Shown in pieces: positions 26,342 through 34,451 of a DNA stretch of 57,682 bases. Source of the DNA: Thermoleophilaceae bacterium (GTDB lineage Bacteria > Actinomycetota > Thermoleophilia > Solirubrobacterales > Thermoleophilaceae); assembly GCA_035646775.1 (NCBI GenBank), contig DASROS010000159.1, positions 1 to 57,682 on the forward strand, written 5' to 3'. The translations under genes and the position numbers were made by a program. The stretch's first letter is position 1; each line of letters starts with the position of its first letter. Under the pieces are notes generated by a model. It was not told where the DNA came from. It saw only the letters and a program-made list of their open reading frames with translations, and searched no databases.

Positions 26342-26917
26342 TCAGGCGGCGCGGCGGCGACGCGCGGTGGGCAGCCGCGTGTGCACTACCACCACGCTGC
26401 CCTCCATCGAGCTGGTCGTGGGCCCCAGGCGGCGCATCAGAGCCAGCATCGCCTGATTTCCCTCGAGCAGCTCGGCGCGCAGTTGCGTCGCCCCCTGCTG
26501 CGCGGCCAGAGAGACGATCACCTCGGTGAGCAGCTTGCCCAGGCCCACGCGCTGGCGGCGGTCGTCCACGACCACGCCCAGCTCGGCCAGCCCGCTGTCC
26601 AGGTGGGCCACGTCCGCCAGGCCCACGATCTCCTCGCGGCCCGCGTCCATCGCGGTGGCCGCCACCACCAGCCGCTTGCGCGGATCGAAGAAGGTGAAGT
26701 GGCGCACGGTGGTGTCCGGCACCACCGGCATCGAGCTGAAGAAGCGCAGCCGGCGGGCCTCCGGCGACAGCGCCTCGAGGAAGGCGCGCAGGCGCGGGGT
26801 GTCGCTGGGACGGGTCAGGCGCGGGCGTACGAGCAGGCCGCCGTCGGTGCGGTGGGTGGTGGCCAGCAGGGCGCCCGGGTCGGCCAGACCCGTGGGGCGT
26901 GTGTGGTACGAATCCAT
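26342..26917 (-). CDS. stand-alone GNAT domain of the Pat/AcuA protein-acetyltransferase type
   Basis: ATG 26917 is preceded by GGGGGAGAG. It carries the SPEARRLRFFS motif typical of Pat-type GNAT domains and the GNAT core ELGVVVDDRRQRVGLGKLL. Confidence 0.65.
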   Translation of the reverse strand: MDSYHTRPTGLADPGALLATTHRTDGGLLVRPRLTRPSDTPRLRAFLEALSPEARRLRFFSSMPVVPDTTVRHFTFFDPRKRLVVAATAMDAGREEIVGLADVAHLDSGLAELGVVVDDRRQRVGLGKLLTEVIVSLAAQQGATQLRAELLEGNQAMLALMRRLGPTTSSMEGSVVVVHTRLPTARRRRAA

Positions 26918-27069
26918 CTCTCCCCCACCGTGGCAGGCGATCCGGCTAGAGGCCAATGTCGCTTGACGAGTGCGCAACATCTCCTGCAAGGAGTAGAAGG
27001 CGCGCCCGAGGGTAGGATCGCGTCATCGTCGGGAAGCGCAGAAGAAGAGCAGACGGGGAGGGCGCCGGC

Positions 27070-27366
27070 GTGAAGGCCGGGCGCGCGGCCCGCAAGGGCC
27101 TCTGGGGCGTTGCCCGCATCGTCAGCCTGATCACGTCGATCGTGGTCGGACTGATCGTGATCGGCATCGTGCTGGTGCTGCTCGAAGCGAACAGGTCGAA
27201 CGACATCGTGAAGGCGCTGCTCGATGCGGCCGAATTCCTGGTCGGGCCCTTCAAGGATGTCTTCAAGCCCGACGGCGCGAAGGCCAAGATCGCGGTCAAC
27301 TACGGGCTGGCGGCCGTGATCTACGCGATCGTCGGCGGGCTCATAGCGAGGCTGCTGCGCCGCTAG
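27070..27366 (+). CDS. small membrane protein (two TM segments), hypothetical
   Basis: GTG start. Hydrophobic segments IVSLITSIVVGLIVIGIVLVLL and NYGLAAVIYAIVGGLIARLL. GC3-biased. Confidence 0.55.
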   Translation: MKAGRAARKGLWGVARIVSLITSIVVGLIVIGIVLVLLEANRSNDIVKALLDAAEFLVGPFKDVFKPDGAKAKIAVNYGLAAVIYAIVGGLIARLLRR

Positions 27367-27381
27367 TACCAGAAAGGGCCG

Positions 27382-27963
27382 GTGTTCACGCGCAGACGCA
27401 GGTGGGGAAGATGGGTGGCGCTGGCCGCCGTCCTGCTGGCGGCGGCTGCCGTGGCGGGGCTGGCCTGGGTGCGCCCGGTGGTCACCTACGATGACGTCGC
27501 GGAGGGCTCGTTCTCCTCGGTGGGCCCGGATGGGCGCTCCGTGAAGGCCGGCCCGTTCGGAGATTACCTCTCGATCCGCTACCGCGCCGGCATCACCACC
27601 AGCGTGGACGTCTCGATCGCGAACAACGGGGACCGCGATGTGAAGATCACCTCCCTGGGCGATCGCCGTGGCCTCAGCGGGGTGAGCCCGACAGGGGTGC
27701 GCATCGGTGCGGCAAACGCGGACGGGCCGCCACGGCGCTGGGTGCGCTTTCGCGAGTTCGACCTGCCGGCGGGCCAGGCGCGCGCGGTGCGGCTGCTGTA
27801 CCGCACCGGAGCGTGCTCGGATCTCGCCAAGGACTCCAGCGTGACCTTCGAGGCCCTGCACGTGCGCTGGCGGACCGGCTTCGTGGAACGGGAGAAGACG
27901 ATCGACCTTCGCAGCCCGGTCGAGTTCCGCCGCGGCGGCGTCTGCGAGCGCAGCAGCCGCTAG
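27382..27963 (+). CDS. membrane-anchored/secreted hypothetical protein
   Basis: GTG start. N-terminal RRRRWGRWVALAAVLLAAAAVAGLAWV looks like a signal or anchor. No family recognised. Confidence 0.5.
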   Translation: MFTRRRRWGRWVALAAVLLAAAAVAGLAWVRPVVTYDDVAEGSFSSVGPDGRSVKAGPFGDYLSIRYRAGITTSVDVSIANNGDRDVKITSLGDRRGLSGVSPTGVRIGAANADGPPRRWVRFREFDLPAGQARAVRLLYRTGACSDLAKDSSVTFEALHVRWRTGFVEREKTIDLRSPVEFRRGGVCERSSR

Positions 27964-29306
27964 CCGGACCGCTTGCGCGCGCGGCGGATCCGCTCCAGGC
28001 GCTCGGCCATCTCGCGCTCCTCGCCGTGCCCGGTGAGCTCCAGGAAGCGCTCGCCGACGGCCTCCTCGGGCATCAGCTCCTGCTCCGAGACCCCCTCGGG
28101 GCGGGCGTGGGGGTAGTCGTAGCCCTTGCCCCGCCCGAGCGCCTCCGCCCCCGGATAGGCGGCGCTTCGCAATGGCCCGGGAGGGGTGGGGGCGCCGTGC
28201 TCGCGCACCCAAGCCCGCGCCCGGCCGATCGCCTCGCAGGAGGCGTTGGACTTCGGCGCGAGCGCCAGGTAGACGGCGGCCTGGGCGAGGTTGAGCGCGC
28301 ACTCGGGCAGCCCCACGTGCTCCACGGCCTGGGCGGCGGCGACGGCCACGACCAGCGCCTGGGGATCCGCGTTGCCCACGTCCTCGCTGGCGAGGATCAC
28401 CATGCGGCGGGCGATGAAGCGGGGGTCCTCGCCGCCCTCCAGCATCGCGGCCAGGTACAGCAGCGACGCGTCGGGGTCCGACCCGCGCGTGGACTTGATC
28501 CAGGCCGAGATCGTGTCGTAGTGGCGGTCGCCGCCCTTGTCGTAGAGGATCGCCCGCCGCTGCAGCGCGTCCTCGGTCAGCTCGAGCGTGACCGGCTGTC
28601 CCTCTTCCGCCGTCTCCGAGGCCAGCTCCAGCGCCGCGAGCGCCGTGCGCGCGTCGCCGCCGGCGCGGGCGGCCAGGAACTCGAGTGCGTCGTCGTGGAC
28701 CTCCGGCGGATCGGCGATGCCGCGCTCGTCGGTGAGCGCGCGGCGCAGCAGCGCCAGCACGTCGTCGTCGCTCAGCCCGCGCAGCTCGTACACCCGCGAG
28801 CGCGACAGCAGCGCCGAGTTCACCTCGAAGTAGGGGTTCTCCGTGGTGGCGCCCACGAGCGTCACCAGGCCCTCCTCCACCGCGGGGAGCAGCACGTCCT
28901 GCTGCGCCTTGTTGAAGCGGTGGATCTCGTCGAGGAACAGGATCGTGGGCTCGCCGGAGGTGGTGCGCCGGTGGTCGGCGCGCTCCATCACCGCGCGCAC
29001 CTCCGCGCGCCCGACGTTGACTGCCGACAGCTCCTCGAACGCGGCGCTGGCCGTGGTGGCCATCAGGCGGGCCAGCGTGGTCTTGCCCGAGCCGGGAGGC
29101 CCGTAGAGGATCATCGAGTGCGGCCGGCCGCCGTCGAGCGCCGTGCGCAGCGCCGAGCCCGGCTCCAGCAGGTGCTCCTGGCCCACCAGCTCGTCCAGCG
29201 ACGCGGGCCGCATCCGGGCCGCCAGCGGCTGGCTGGAGACGGGCACGCGTGTCTGCCCGGCCACCGGCTGGGCCTCCTCCTCGAACAGGCGCCCGCCGTC
29301 GCTCAC
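27960..29306 (-). CDS. rarA: replication-associated recombination protein A (AAA+ ATPase)
   Basis: Walker A MILYGPPGSGKTTLA, Walker B ILFLDEIHRFNKAQQD, LVGATTENPYFE, and a MgsA C-terminal region (YLAAMLEGGEDPRFIARR). Confidence 0.92.
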   Translation of the reverse strand: MSDGGRLFEEEAQPVAGQTRVPVSSQPLAARMRPASLDELVGQEHLLEPGSALRTALDGGRPHSMILYGPPGSGKTTLARLMATTASAAFEELSAVNVGRAEVRAVMERADHRRTTSGEPTILFLDEIHRFNKAQQDVLLPAVEEGLVTLVGATTENPYFEVNSALLSRSRVYELRGLSDDDVLALLRRALTDERGIADPPEVHDDALEFLAARAGGDARTALAALELASETAEEGQPVTLELTEDALQRRAILYDKGGDRHYDTISAWIKSTRGSDPDASLLYLAAMLEGGEDPRFIARRMVILASEDVGNADPQALVVAVAAAQAVEHVGLPECALNLAQAAVYLALAPKSNASCEAIGRARAWVREHGAPTPPGPLRSAAYPGAEALGRGKGYDYPHARPEGVSEQELMPEEAVGERFLELTGHGEEREMAERLERIRRARKRSG

Positions 29307-30109
29307 AGCCCGGTGAGAAAGCCCGCGATCTCGCGGGCGCAGCGCGCGGGGTCGTCCTCGATCACGAAGTGACCGGCGCCGCCGACCACGACCAGCTCGC
29401 TACCCGGTATCTGCTCGCGGAAGCGGTGGGCGCCCGCCACCGGGGCGAACGGGTCGTCCTCGCCCCACAGCAGCAGCGTGGGCACACCCAGCTCGCCGAG
29501 CTTGCCCTCGTAGGGCTCGAGCTTTGAGAAGTCGCCCGAGCGGTAGAGCTCCAGCTGCCCGCGGCGGCGGTCGTCGTCGCCGAAGCACTTCCAGTACTCG
29601 TCCACGGCCGCGTGGTCGATGCCCGGGCTGGACTGGGCCATCACGGCGCCGAAGCCCTCGCGGGTCATGCCCTCGATCAACTGCTCGCCCTGCCCCTCGG
29701 TGCGCAGAGCCTGCGCCATGCCGTGCCACTTGCCGTCGGAGAAGAAGCCGGTGTCGGAGATCACCAGCGCGCGCACCAGGTCCGAGTGGTCACACGCCCA
29801 GCGCAGGCCGATCAGCCCGCCCCAGTCGTGCGCCACCAGCGCGACAGGCCCCAGCCCGAGCCCGTCGTGCAGGCGCTGCAGCGCCTCGATCTGGCGCTCC
29901 CACGTGCCGGGCGGGTCGGCCGGAGAGTCGCCGAAGCCCGGGAGATCGGGCGCCACCGCGCGCCAGCCGGCGTCGGCGACGGCGGGCAGCACGTCGCGCC
30001 ACATGTAGGACGACTCCGGGTAGCCGTGCACCAGCAGCGCGGCGGGGCCGTCGGCCGGGCCGGCCTCGCGGTAGGCGATGCCGTCGACGGTGGCGGTGGA
30101 CTCGGGCAT
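29303..30109 (-). CDS. alpha/beta hydrolase (haloalkane dehalogenase / epoxide hydrolase-like)
   Basis: LLVHGYPESSYMWRDV, a nucleophile elbow with Asp in LVAHDWGGLIG, and C-terminal GAGHFVIEDDP. GTGA overlap with rarA. Confidence 0.85.
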   Translation of the reverse strand: MPESTATVDGIAYREAGPADGPAALLVHGYPESSYMWRDVLPAVADAGWRAVAPDLPGFGDSPADPPGTWERQIEALQRLHDGLGLGPVALVAHDWGGLIGLRWACDHSDLVRALVISDTGFFSDGKWHGMAQALRTEGQGEQLIEGMTREGFGAVMAQSSPGIDHAAVDEYWKCFGDDDRRRGQLELYRSGDFSKLEPYEGKLGELGVPTLLLWGEDDPFAPVAGAHRFREQIPGSELVVVGGAGHFVIEDDPARCAREIAGFLTGL

Positions 30110-30121
30110 CTGCCGCCGAGG

Positions 30122-30727
30122 CTACAGCGGCGCGACCGCGCGAGAGGGCGCGGCCAGCTGCCCGAACAGGCGTGTGAGGGCGGGCCGCAGCACGCCGGTC
30201 TCGAAGTCCTCGCGCTGGCTGGCCAGCTGCTCCAGCATCAGGCCCGTCAGGGTGGCCACCACCACGCGCGCGTCCAACCCGGGCTCGTCGGAGCCCACGG
30301 CGCGGCAGCCCACCTCGGCCAGACGCAGGTTGGCCTCCTGCCAGCGCGCAAGCTCGGCGCGCAGGGCCGGCGTGCGGGCGGCCTCCAACCCGAGCTCGAA
30401 CAGCGCCACGTGCTTGGCCGGGTCCTCGGCCAGGTCCCCCGCCAGCTGGGCGGACACGGCGGCGGCCCACTCGTCGGCCGACAAGGCGGAGGGGGCCAGG
30501 TCGAGCACCAGCCGCTCCAGGCGCTCGGTCTCCTCGCGCGCGGCCATCACCAGCGCGCGCTCGAGCAGCTCCTCCTTGGAGTCGAAGTAGTAGGTCGTGG
30601 AAGACACCGGCACGCCGGCCTCGCGCGCCACCGCGCGGTGGGTAACGGCGTCGGCGCCGCGCGCGCCGATCACGCGCAGCGTGGCACGCAGGATCTCCTC
30701 GCTGCGCCGCTCGCCTTTCTGGTACAT
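30122..30727 (-). CDS. TetR/AcrR family transcriptional regulator
   Basis: The internal ATG at 30727 gives MYQKGERRSEEILRATLRVIGARGADAVTHRAVAREAGVPVSSTTYYFDSKEELL, a TetR HTH. Confidence 0.85.
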   Translation of the reverse strand: MYQKGERRSEEILRATLRVIGARGADAVTHRAVAREAGVPVSSTTYYFDSKEELLERALVMAAREETERLERLVLDLAPSALSADEWAAAVSAQLAGDLAEDPAKHVALFELGLEAARTPALRAELARWQEANLRLAEVGCRAVGSDEPGLDARVVVATLTGLMLEQLASQREDFETGVLRPALTRLFGQLAAPSRAVAPL

Positions 30728-30756
30728 TCGTTCCGCCAAACTGGAACAAACGTACC
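30721..30756. promoter_or_regulatory. 36-bp imperfect palindrome (candidate TetR operator) in the divergent intergenic region
   Basis: GGTACATTCGTTCC-N8-GGAACAAACGTACC, with 12 of 14 positions complementary. It overlaps the TetR start codon and lies 28 nt upstream of ATG 30784. Confidence 0.4.
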
Positions 30757-30783
30757 AGACTGTCCGGAGGACGAGAACCACCG

Positions 30784-32061
30784 ATGACCACCACGCTCCC
30801 TACGCGCAACCCGCTGGACAACATCTCCTACGCGGACCTCTACCGCCGCTGGGAGCTGGGCCACTGGCGCGCCACCGAGCTGGACTTCACCGCGGATCGC
30901 CGGCAGTGGGAGAACGACTTCTCGGAGTTCGAGCGCACCGCGGCGCTGTGGAACTACTCGCTGTTCTTCTGGGGCGAGGATGCCGTGACCGATGGCCTGT
31001 CGCCCTACGTGGACGCGGCGCCCTTGGAGGAGCAGAAGTACTTCCTCGCCACCCAGCAGGTGGACGAGGCGCGCCACGCGGTCTTCTTCAACCGCTTCAT
31101 GCACGAGGTCGTGGGGCTGGGCGACGGCACCCTCGCCGGTGGGCTGAACGCGATCAAGCCGCAGCTCACCTGGGGCTTCACGCGCGTGTTCGACCGGCTG
31201 GTCGACATGAGCGACGAGCTGCGTCGTGACCCCTCGATCCCGCAACTGGCGGCCGCGATCACGCTGTACCACGTGATCATCGAGGCCGCGCTCGCCCAGC
31301 CCGGCCAGCACTTCATCGCCCGCTACCTCACCGAGCGCGACACGCTTCCCGGCTTTCGCGCCGGCATGGAGAAGGTGGCCGCCGACGAGCAGCGCCACAT
31401 CGGCTTCGGCGTGAAGCTGCTGTCGGACCTGCGCCAGATGGACCCCGAGGTGCCCTACGCGGTCGCCGACCTGCTGCGCGAGGTGATCCCGTGGACCGCC
31501 TCGGTCCTGGTCCCGCCGAATTGGGACATGCGCTACGTGGAGTGCTTCGGATTCACCCTCGACGACATCGGCGAGGAGGGCGCCACGTCGCTGGACGCCA
31601 AGATGCGCAGCGCGGGGATGCCGATCGACGAGCTGCCGGGCCCGCCGGTGTTCCCGGTGCCGGGCACGCCGCGCGAGCGCTCACAGCGGGGCCGGCGGAT
31701 GGTCCGCGCGGGATACCTGGGCGAGAAGCTGGGCCCGCCGTCCACCGATCCCGACGACATGCACGTGTTCTTCGAGGTCGTCGCCGCCGCGCTCCAGGCC
31801 GACCGCGCGAGCGAGCCGGGCACCATCCAGTGGGACTTCCCGGACGCCGAGCCGTGGCACGTGGTGGTGGCAAACGGCGCCACCCGCGCCGAGCGCGGGA
31901 CGGCCGATGCGCCGCGGGTGCGCTTCAAGACGACCTTCGAGGACTTCGTGGACGTGATCGCCCGCCGCGAGGATCCCAAGCGCCTGGTGGCCCGCGGCCG
32001 GCTGCGCCCCCGCGGCGACCTGCGCTGGCTGTGGCGCAGCCGCGGCATGTTCCCCGCTTAG
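30784..32061 (+). CDS. fusion protein: ferritin-like diiron-carboxylate domain (RNR-R2 / R2-like ligand-binding oxidase type) + C-terminal SCP2 sterol-carrier domain
   Basis: Candidate metal ligands: FWGEDAV, QQVDEARH (ExxH), VIIEAAL and AADEQRHIGFG (ExxH). SCP2-like C-terminus is RFKTTFEDFVDVIARREDPKRLVARGRLRPRGDLRWLWRSRGMF. Confidence 0.75.
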   Translation: MTTTLPTRNPLDNISYADLYRRWELGHWRATELDFTADRRQWENDFSEFERTAALWNYSLFFWGEDAVTDGLSPYVDAAPLEEQKYFLATQQVDEARHAVFFNRFMHEVVGLGDGTLAGGLNAIKPQLTWGFTRVFDRLVDMSDELRRDPSIPQLAAAITLYHVIIEAALAQPGQHFIARYLTERDTLPGFRAGMEKVAADEQRHIGFGVKLLSDLRQMDPEVPYAVADLLREVIPWTASVLVPPNWDMRYVECFGFTLDDIGEEGATSLDAKMRSAGMPIDELPGPPVFPVPGTPRERSQRGRRMVRAGYLGEKLGPPSTDPDDMHVFFEVVAAALQADRASEPGTIQWDFPDAEPWHVVVANGATRAERGTADAPRVRFKTTFEDFVDVIARREDPKRLVARGRLRPRGDLRWLWRSRGMFPA

Positions 32062-32077
32062 CTATATTCGCATAGCT
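32060..32077. promoter_or_regulatory. AT-rich inverted repeat AGCTAT-N6-ATAGCT upstream of the MNT/HEPN pair
   Basis: Perfect 6-bp arms. It lies 19 nt upstream of ATG 32096 and overlaps the stop of the preceding gene. It could be the antitoxin operator or a weak terminator. Confidence 0.35.
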
Positions 32078-32095
32078 GGTATCGTTCTCTCGGTT

Positions 32096-32692
32096 ATGAG
32101 AACGCCAGTTCCATCGTTGCTGCCCTTCTTCCGGTCGGAGTTGCAGTTGCGGGTGCTTTCCAGAGCCTTTGGAGCGGCAGGGGAGGGGGTAACCGCACAG
32201 GCTCTCTCGGACGAGCTGAATGCTCCGGCCGCATCGGTTCATCGAGAACTACATCGCGCCCTGGATGCGGGCCTCATCGAGCGAGACGAACGATCACGAC
32301 CCCATCGATACACCGGTGCCACGGAGAGCCCCTTGTATCTGCCCCTTCGAGAGATCCTGGACCGAACTGTCGGTGTGGAGGGGGAGTTGCGAGAGGCCTT
32401 GGCGGGCGTTTCTGGCGTTCAGACCGCGGTCATACACGGCTCGTGGGCGGATGGCACGTTGCGACCGGGAAGCGACGTCGACGTCCTTGTCATCGGCACC
32501 GCCGACCTGGCATCGCTGCGGAGGCTGGTGCGACCCATCGGACAGCACGCGGGGCGGAGGATCGACGTGACGCTGTTTCGGCCCGATGAGGTCCGCTCTG
32601 AGCTTCGTGAGGGGAGCCCGTTCCTCGACAAGGTTGCTCGGGGGCCGCGCGTCACCCTAGTCGGCGATCTCGATCAGGTGAACCTTGTCTGA
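32096..32692 (+). CDS. wHTH + minimal nucleotidyltransferase (MNT/MntA-type antitoxin)
   Basis: N-terminal ArsR/MarR-like wHTH (VTAQALSDELNAPAASVHRELHRALDAGLIERD). MNT signature GS-X10-DVD in IHGSWADGTLRPGSDVDVLVIG. Local GC is visibly lower than the flanks. Confidence 0.8.
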   Translation: MRTPVPSLLPFFRSELQLRVLSRAFGAAGEGVTAQALSDELNAPAASVHRELHRALDAGLIERDERSRPHRYTGATESPLYLPLREILDRTVGVEGELREALAGVSGVQTAVIHGSWADGTLRPGSDVDVLVIGTADLASLRRLVRPIGQHAGRRIDVTLFRPDEVRSELREGSPFLDKVARGPRVTLVGDLDQVNLV

Positions 32693-33098
32693 CCCAGGCG
32701 CGAGTGGAGAACGTGCCCGCCGACCCGGCCATGGCACGAGTCTTCCTCAAGCGGGCACGGGCTTCGCGCGCGACGCGGGGAGGCCGGATTCCGCGCCCGC
32801 GAGCGTTCAAGTGCTTGCCTGGCAGACGTGCATCACCGTTATGGATGCGATCCTGCTCGCCGCCGGCCGTCGCGTGACCCGTGGAGATGGCGCTCATGTC
32901 CTTCGGCTGAAGGAGGCCGAACGGGCACTGCCCGACGATCACGGCACCTTGTTTGAGCGGCTCGATTCGCACCGCGACCTGAGAAATGAAGCCTCCTATC
33001 ACGCAGGGGTAGTGTCGGAGGCCGAGGTCGAGGTCACCATGCAAGATGCAGGGGATCTGCTGGGAATCGCCGAGGCCTTCGTGGAAGGCGATGCCTAG
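32685..33098 (+). CDS. HEPN domain protein (HepT-type toxin candidate); N-terminus uncertain
   Basis: Rx4-6H HEPN motif RNEASYH at 32982-33002. TTG 32685 overlaps the MNT stop by 8 nt. An ATG at 32731 in another frame encodes a more HEPN-like first helix (see findings). Confidence 0.6.
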   Translation: MSDPGASGERARRPGHGTSLPQAGTGFARDAGRPDSAPASVQVLAWQTCITVMDAILLAAGRRVTRGDGAHVLRLKEAERALPDDHGTLFERLDSHRDLRNEASYHAGVVSEAEVEVTMQDAGDLLGIAEAFVEGDA

Positions 33099-33140
33099 CG
33101 TCTGCGGGAACCGCCAGGAGCCCGAACCTATACTCGCCTG

Positions 33141-34451
33141 GTGCCCGAGCCCGAGGACCTCGAGCGCCGCACCACCGAGTTGCTGCAGCGGTTGATCCGC
33201 TTCAACACGGTCAATCCGCCCGGCGACGAGCAGGCCTGCCAGGACTACCTGGCGGAGATGCTGGGCGGCGCGGGCTTTACGACCGAGCAGCTCTCAGCGG
33301 TCGAGGGGCGCCCGAACCTGGTGGCGCGCCTGCCCTCCGGCTCGGACGGCCCCGTGCTGTGCCTCCTGGGCCACGTGGACACGGTGCTCGCCGATCCCGC
33401 CGACTGGACGGTGGACCCGTGGTCGGGCGACATCAAGGACGGCTGCGTGTGGGGCCGCGGCGCGCTGGACATGAAGAGCCAGGTGGCCGCCGAGGTGGCC
33501 GCTGCCGTGGCGCTTGCCGAGCAGGGCTGGCGGCCCGAGACCGGCGAGCTCAAGCTCGTGATCACCGCCGACGAGGAGACCGGCGCGGCGTACGGCGCGC
33601 AGTGGCTGTGTGAGGAGCACCCAGAGAAGGTGCGCGCCGACCTCGTGGTGAACGAGGGCGCAGGCGAGTCGTTCGAGTACGGCGGCAAGCGCGTGTACGG
33701 CGTGTGCGTGGCCGAGAAGGGCGTGTTCCGGTTCAGGCTCACCACGAACGGAACGGCCGGCCACGCCTCCATCCCGCGGATAGGCGACAACGCACTGGTG
33801 AAGATGGCGCCGGTGCTGGAGGCGCTCGCGGGCGGGCGCGTGTCGCCCGAGCACACACCCGAGGGGGATGCCTTCCTCGCCGCGCTCGGCGCCGGCGACG
33901 ACGACCTCCAGGCCGCGCTCGCCGAGGTGGAGGCCACGGACCCCCGTGTGGCCGTGCTGCTCGAGCCGATGCTCGGGGTGACGCTCTCGCCCACGATGAT
34001 CACCGCGTCCCAGAAGATCAACGTGATCCCCGCGCACGCGAGCCTCGACGTGGACTGCCGCGTGCCTCCGGAGCTGGGCGAGGAGCACGCGCTAGAGCGC
34101 ATACACGAGGCGATCGGCGGCGAGGACGGATACGAGATCGCCTTCCGCGACACCGTGGTGGGCAACCGCTCGCCGATCGACTCGCCGCTGATGGAGACGA
34201 TCCGCTCCTTCGTCGAGCGCGAGGACCCCGGCGCCGAGGTCACGCCCGTGGTGCTGCCGGGCTTCAGCGACTCGCGCTGGTTCCGCGAGGCCTTCCCCGA
34301 TTGCGTGGCCTACGGCTTCTTCCCGCAGCGAACGATGGACCTGTTCGAGGCGGCGCCGCTGATCCACGGCGCGGACGAGCGGGTGCCGGTGGAGGACCTG
34401 GGGCTGGCCGCCCGCTTCTACACGAACCTGATCGAGGAGACGCTGAGATGA
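33141..34451 (+). CDS. M20 family metallopeptidase (ArgE/DapE/ACY1/CPG2-like)
   Basis: LLGHVDTVLADPADW, RGALDMKSQVAA, ITADEETGAAYG, VVNEGAG. Confidence 0.88.
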   Translation: MPEPEDLERRTTELLQRLIRFNTVNPPGDEQACQDYLAEMLGGAGFTTEQLSAVEGRPNLVARLPSGSDGPVLCLLGHVDTVLADPADWTVDPWSGDIKDGCVWGRGALDMKSQVAAEVAAAVALAEQGWRPETGELKLVITADEETGAAYGAQWLCEEHPEKVRADLVVNEGAGESFEYGGKRVYGVCVAEKGVFRFRLTTNGTAGHASIPRIGDNALVKMAPVLEALAGGRVSPEHTPEGDAFLAALGAGDDDLQAALAEVEATDPRVAVLLEPMLGVTLSPTMITASQKINVIPAHASLDVDCRVPPELGEEHALERIHEAIGGEDGYEIAFRDTVVGNRSPIDSPLMETIRSFVEREDPGAEVTPVVLPGFSDSRWFREAFPDCVAYGFFPQRTMDLFEAAPLIHGADERVPVEDLGLAARFYTNLIEETLR

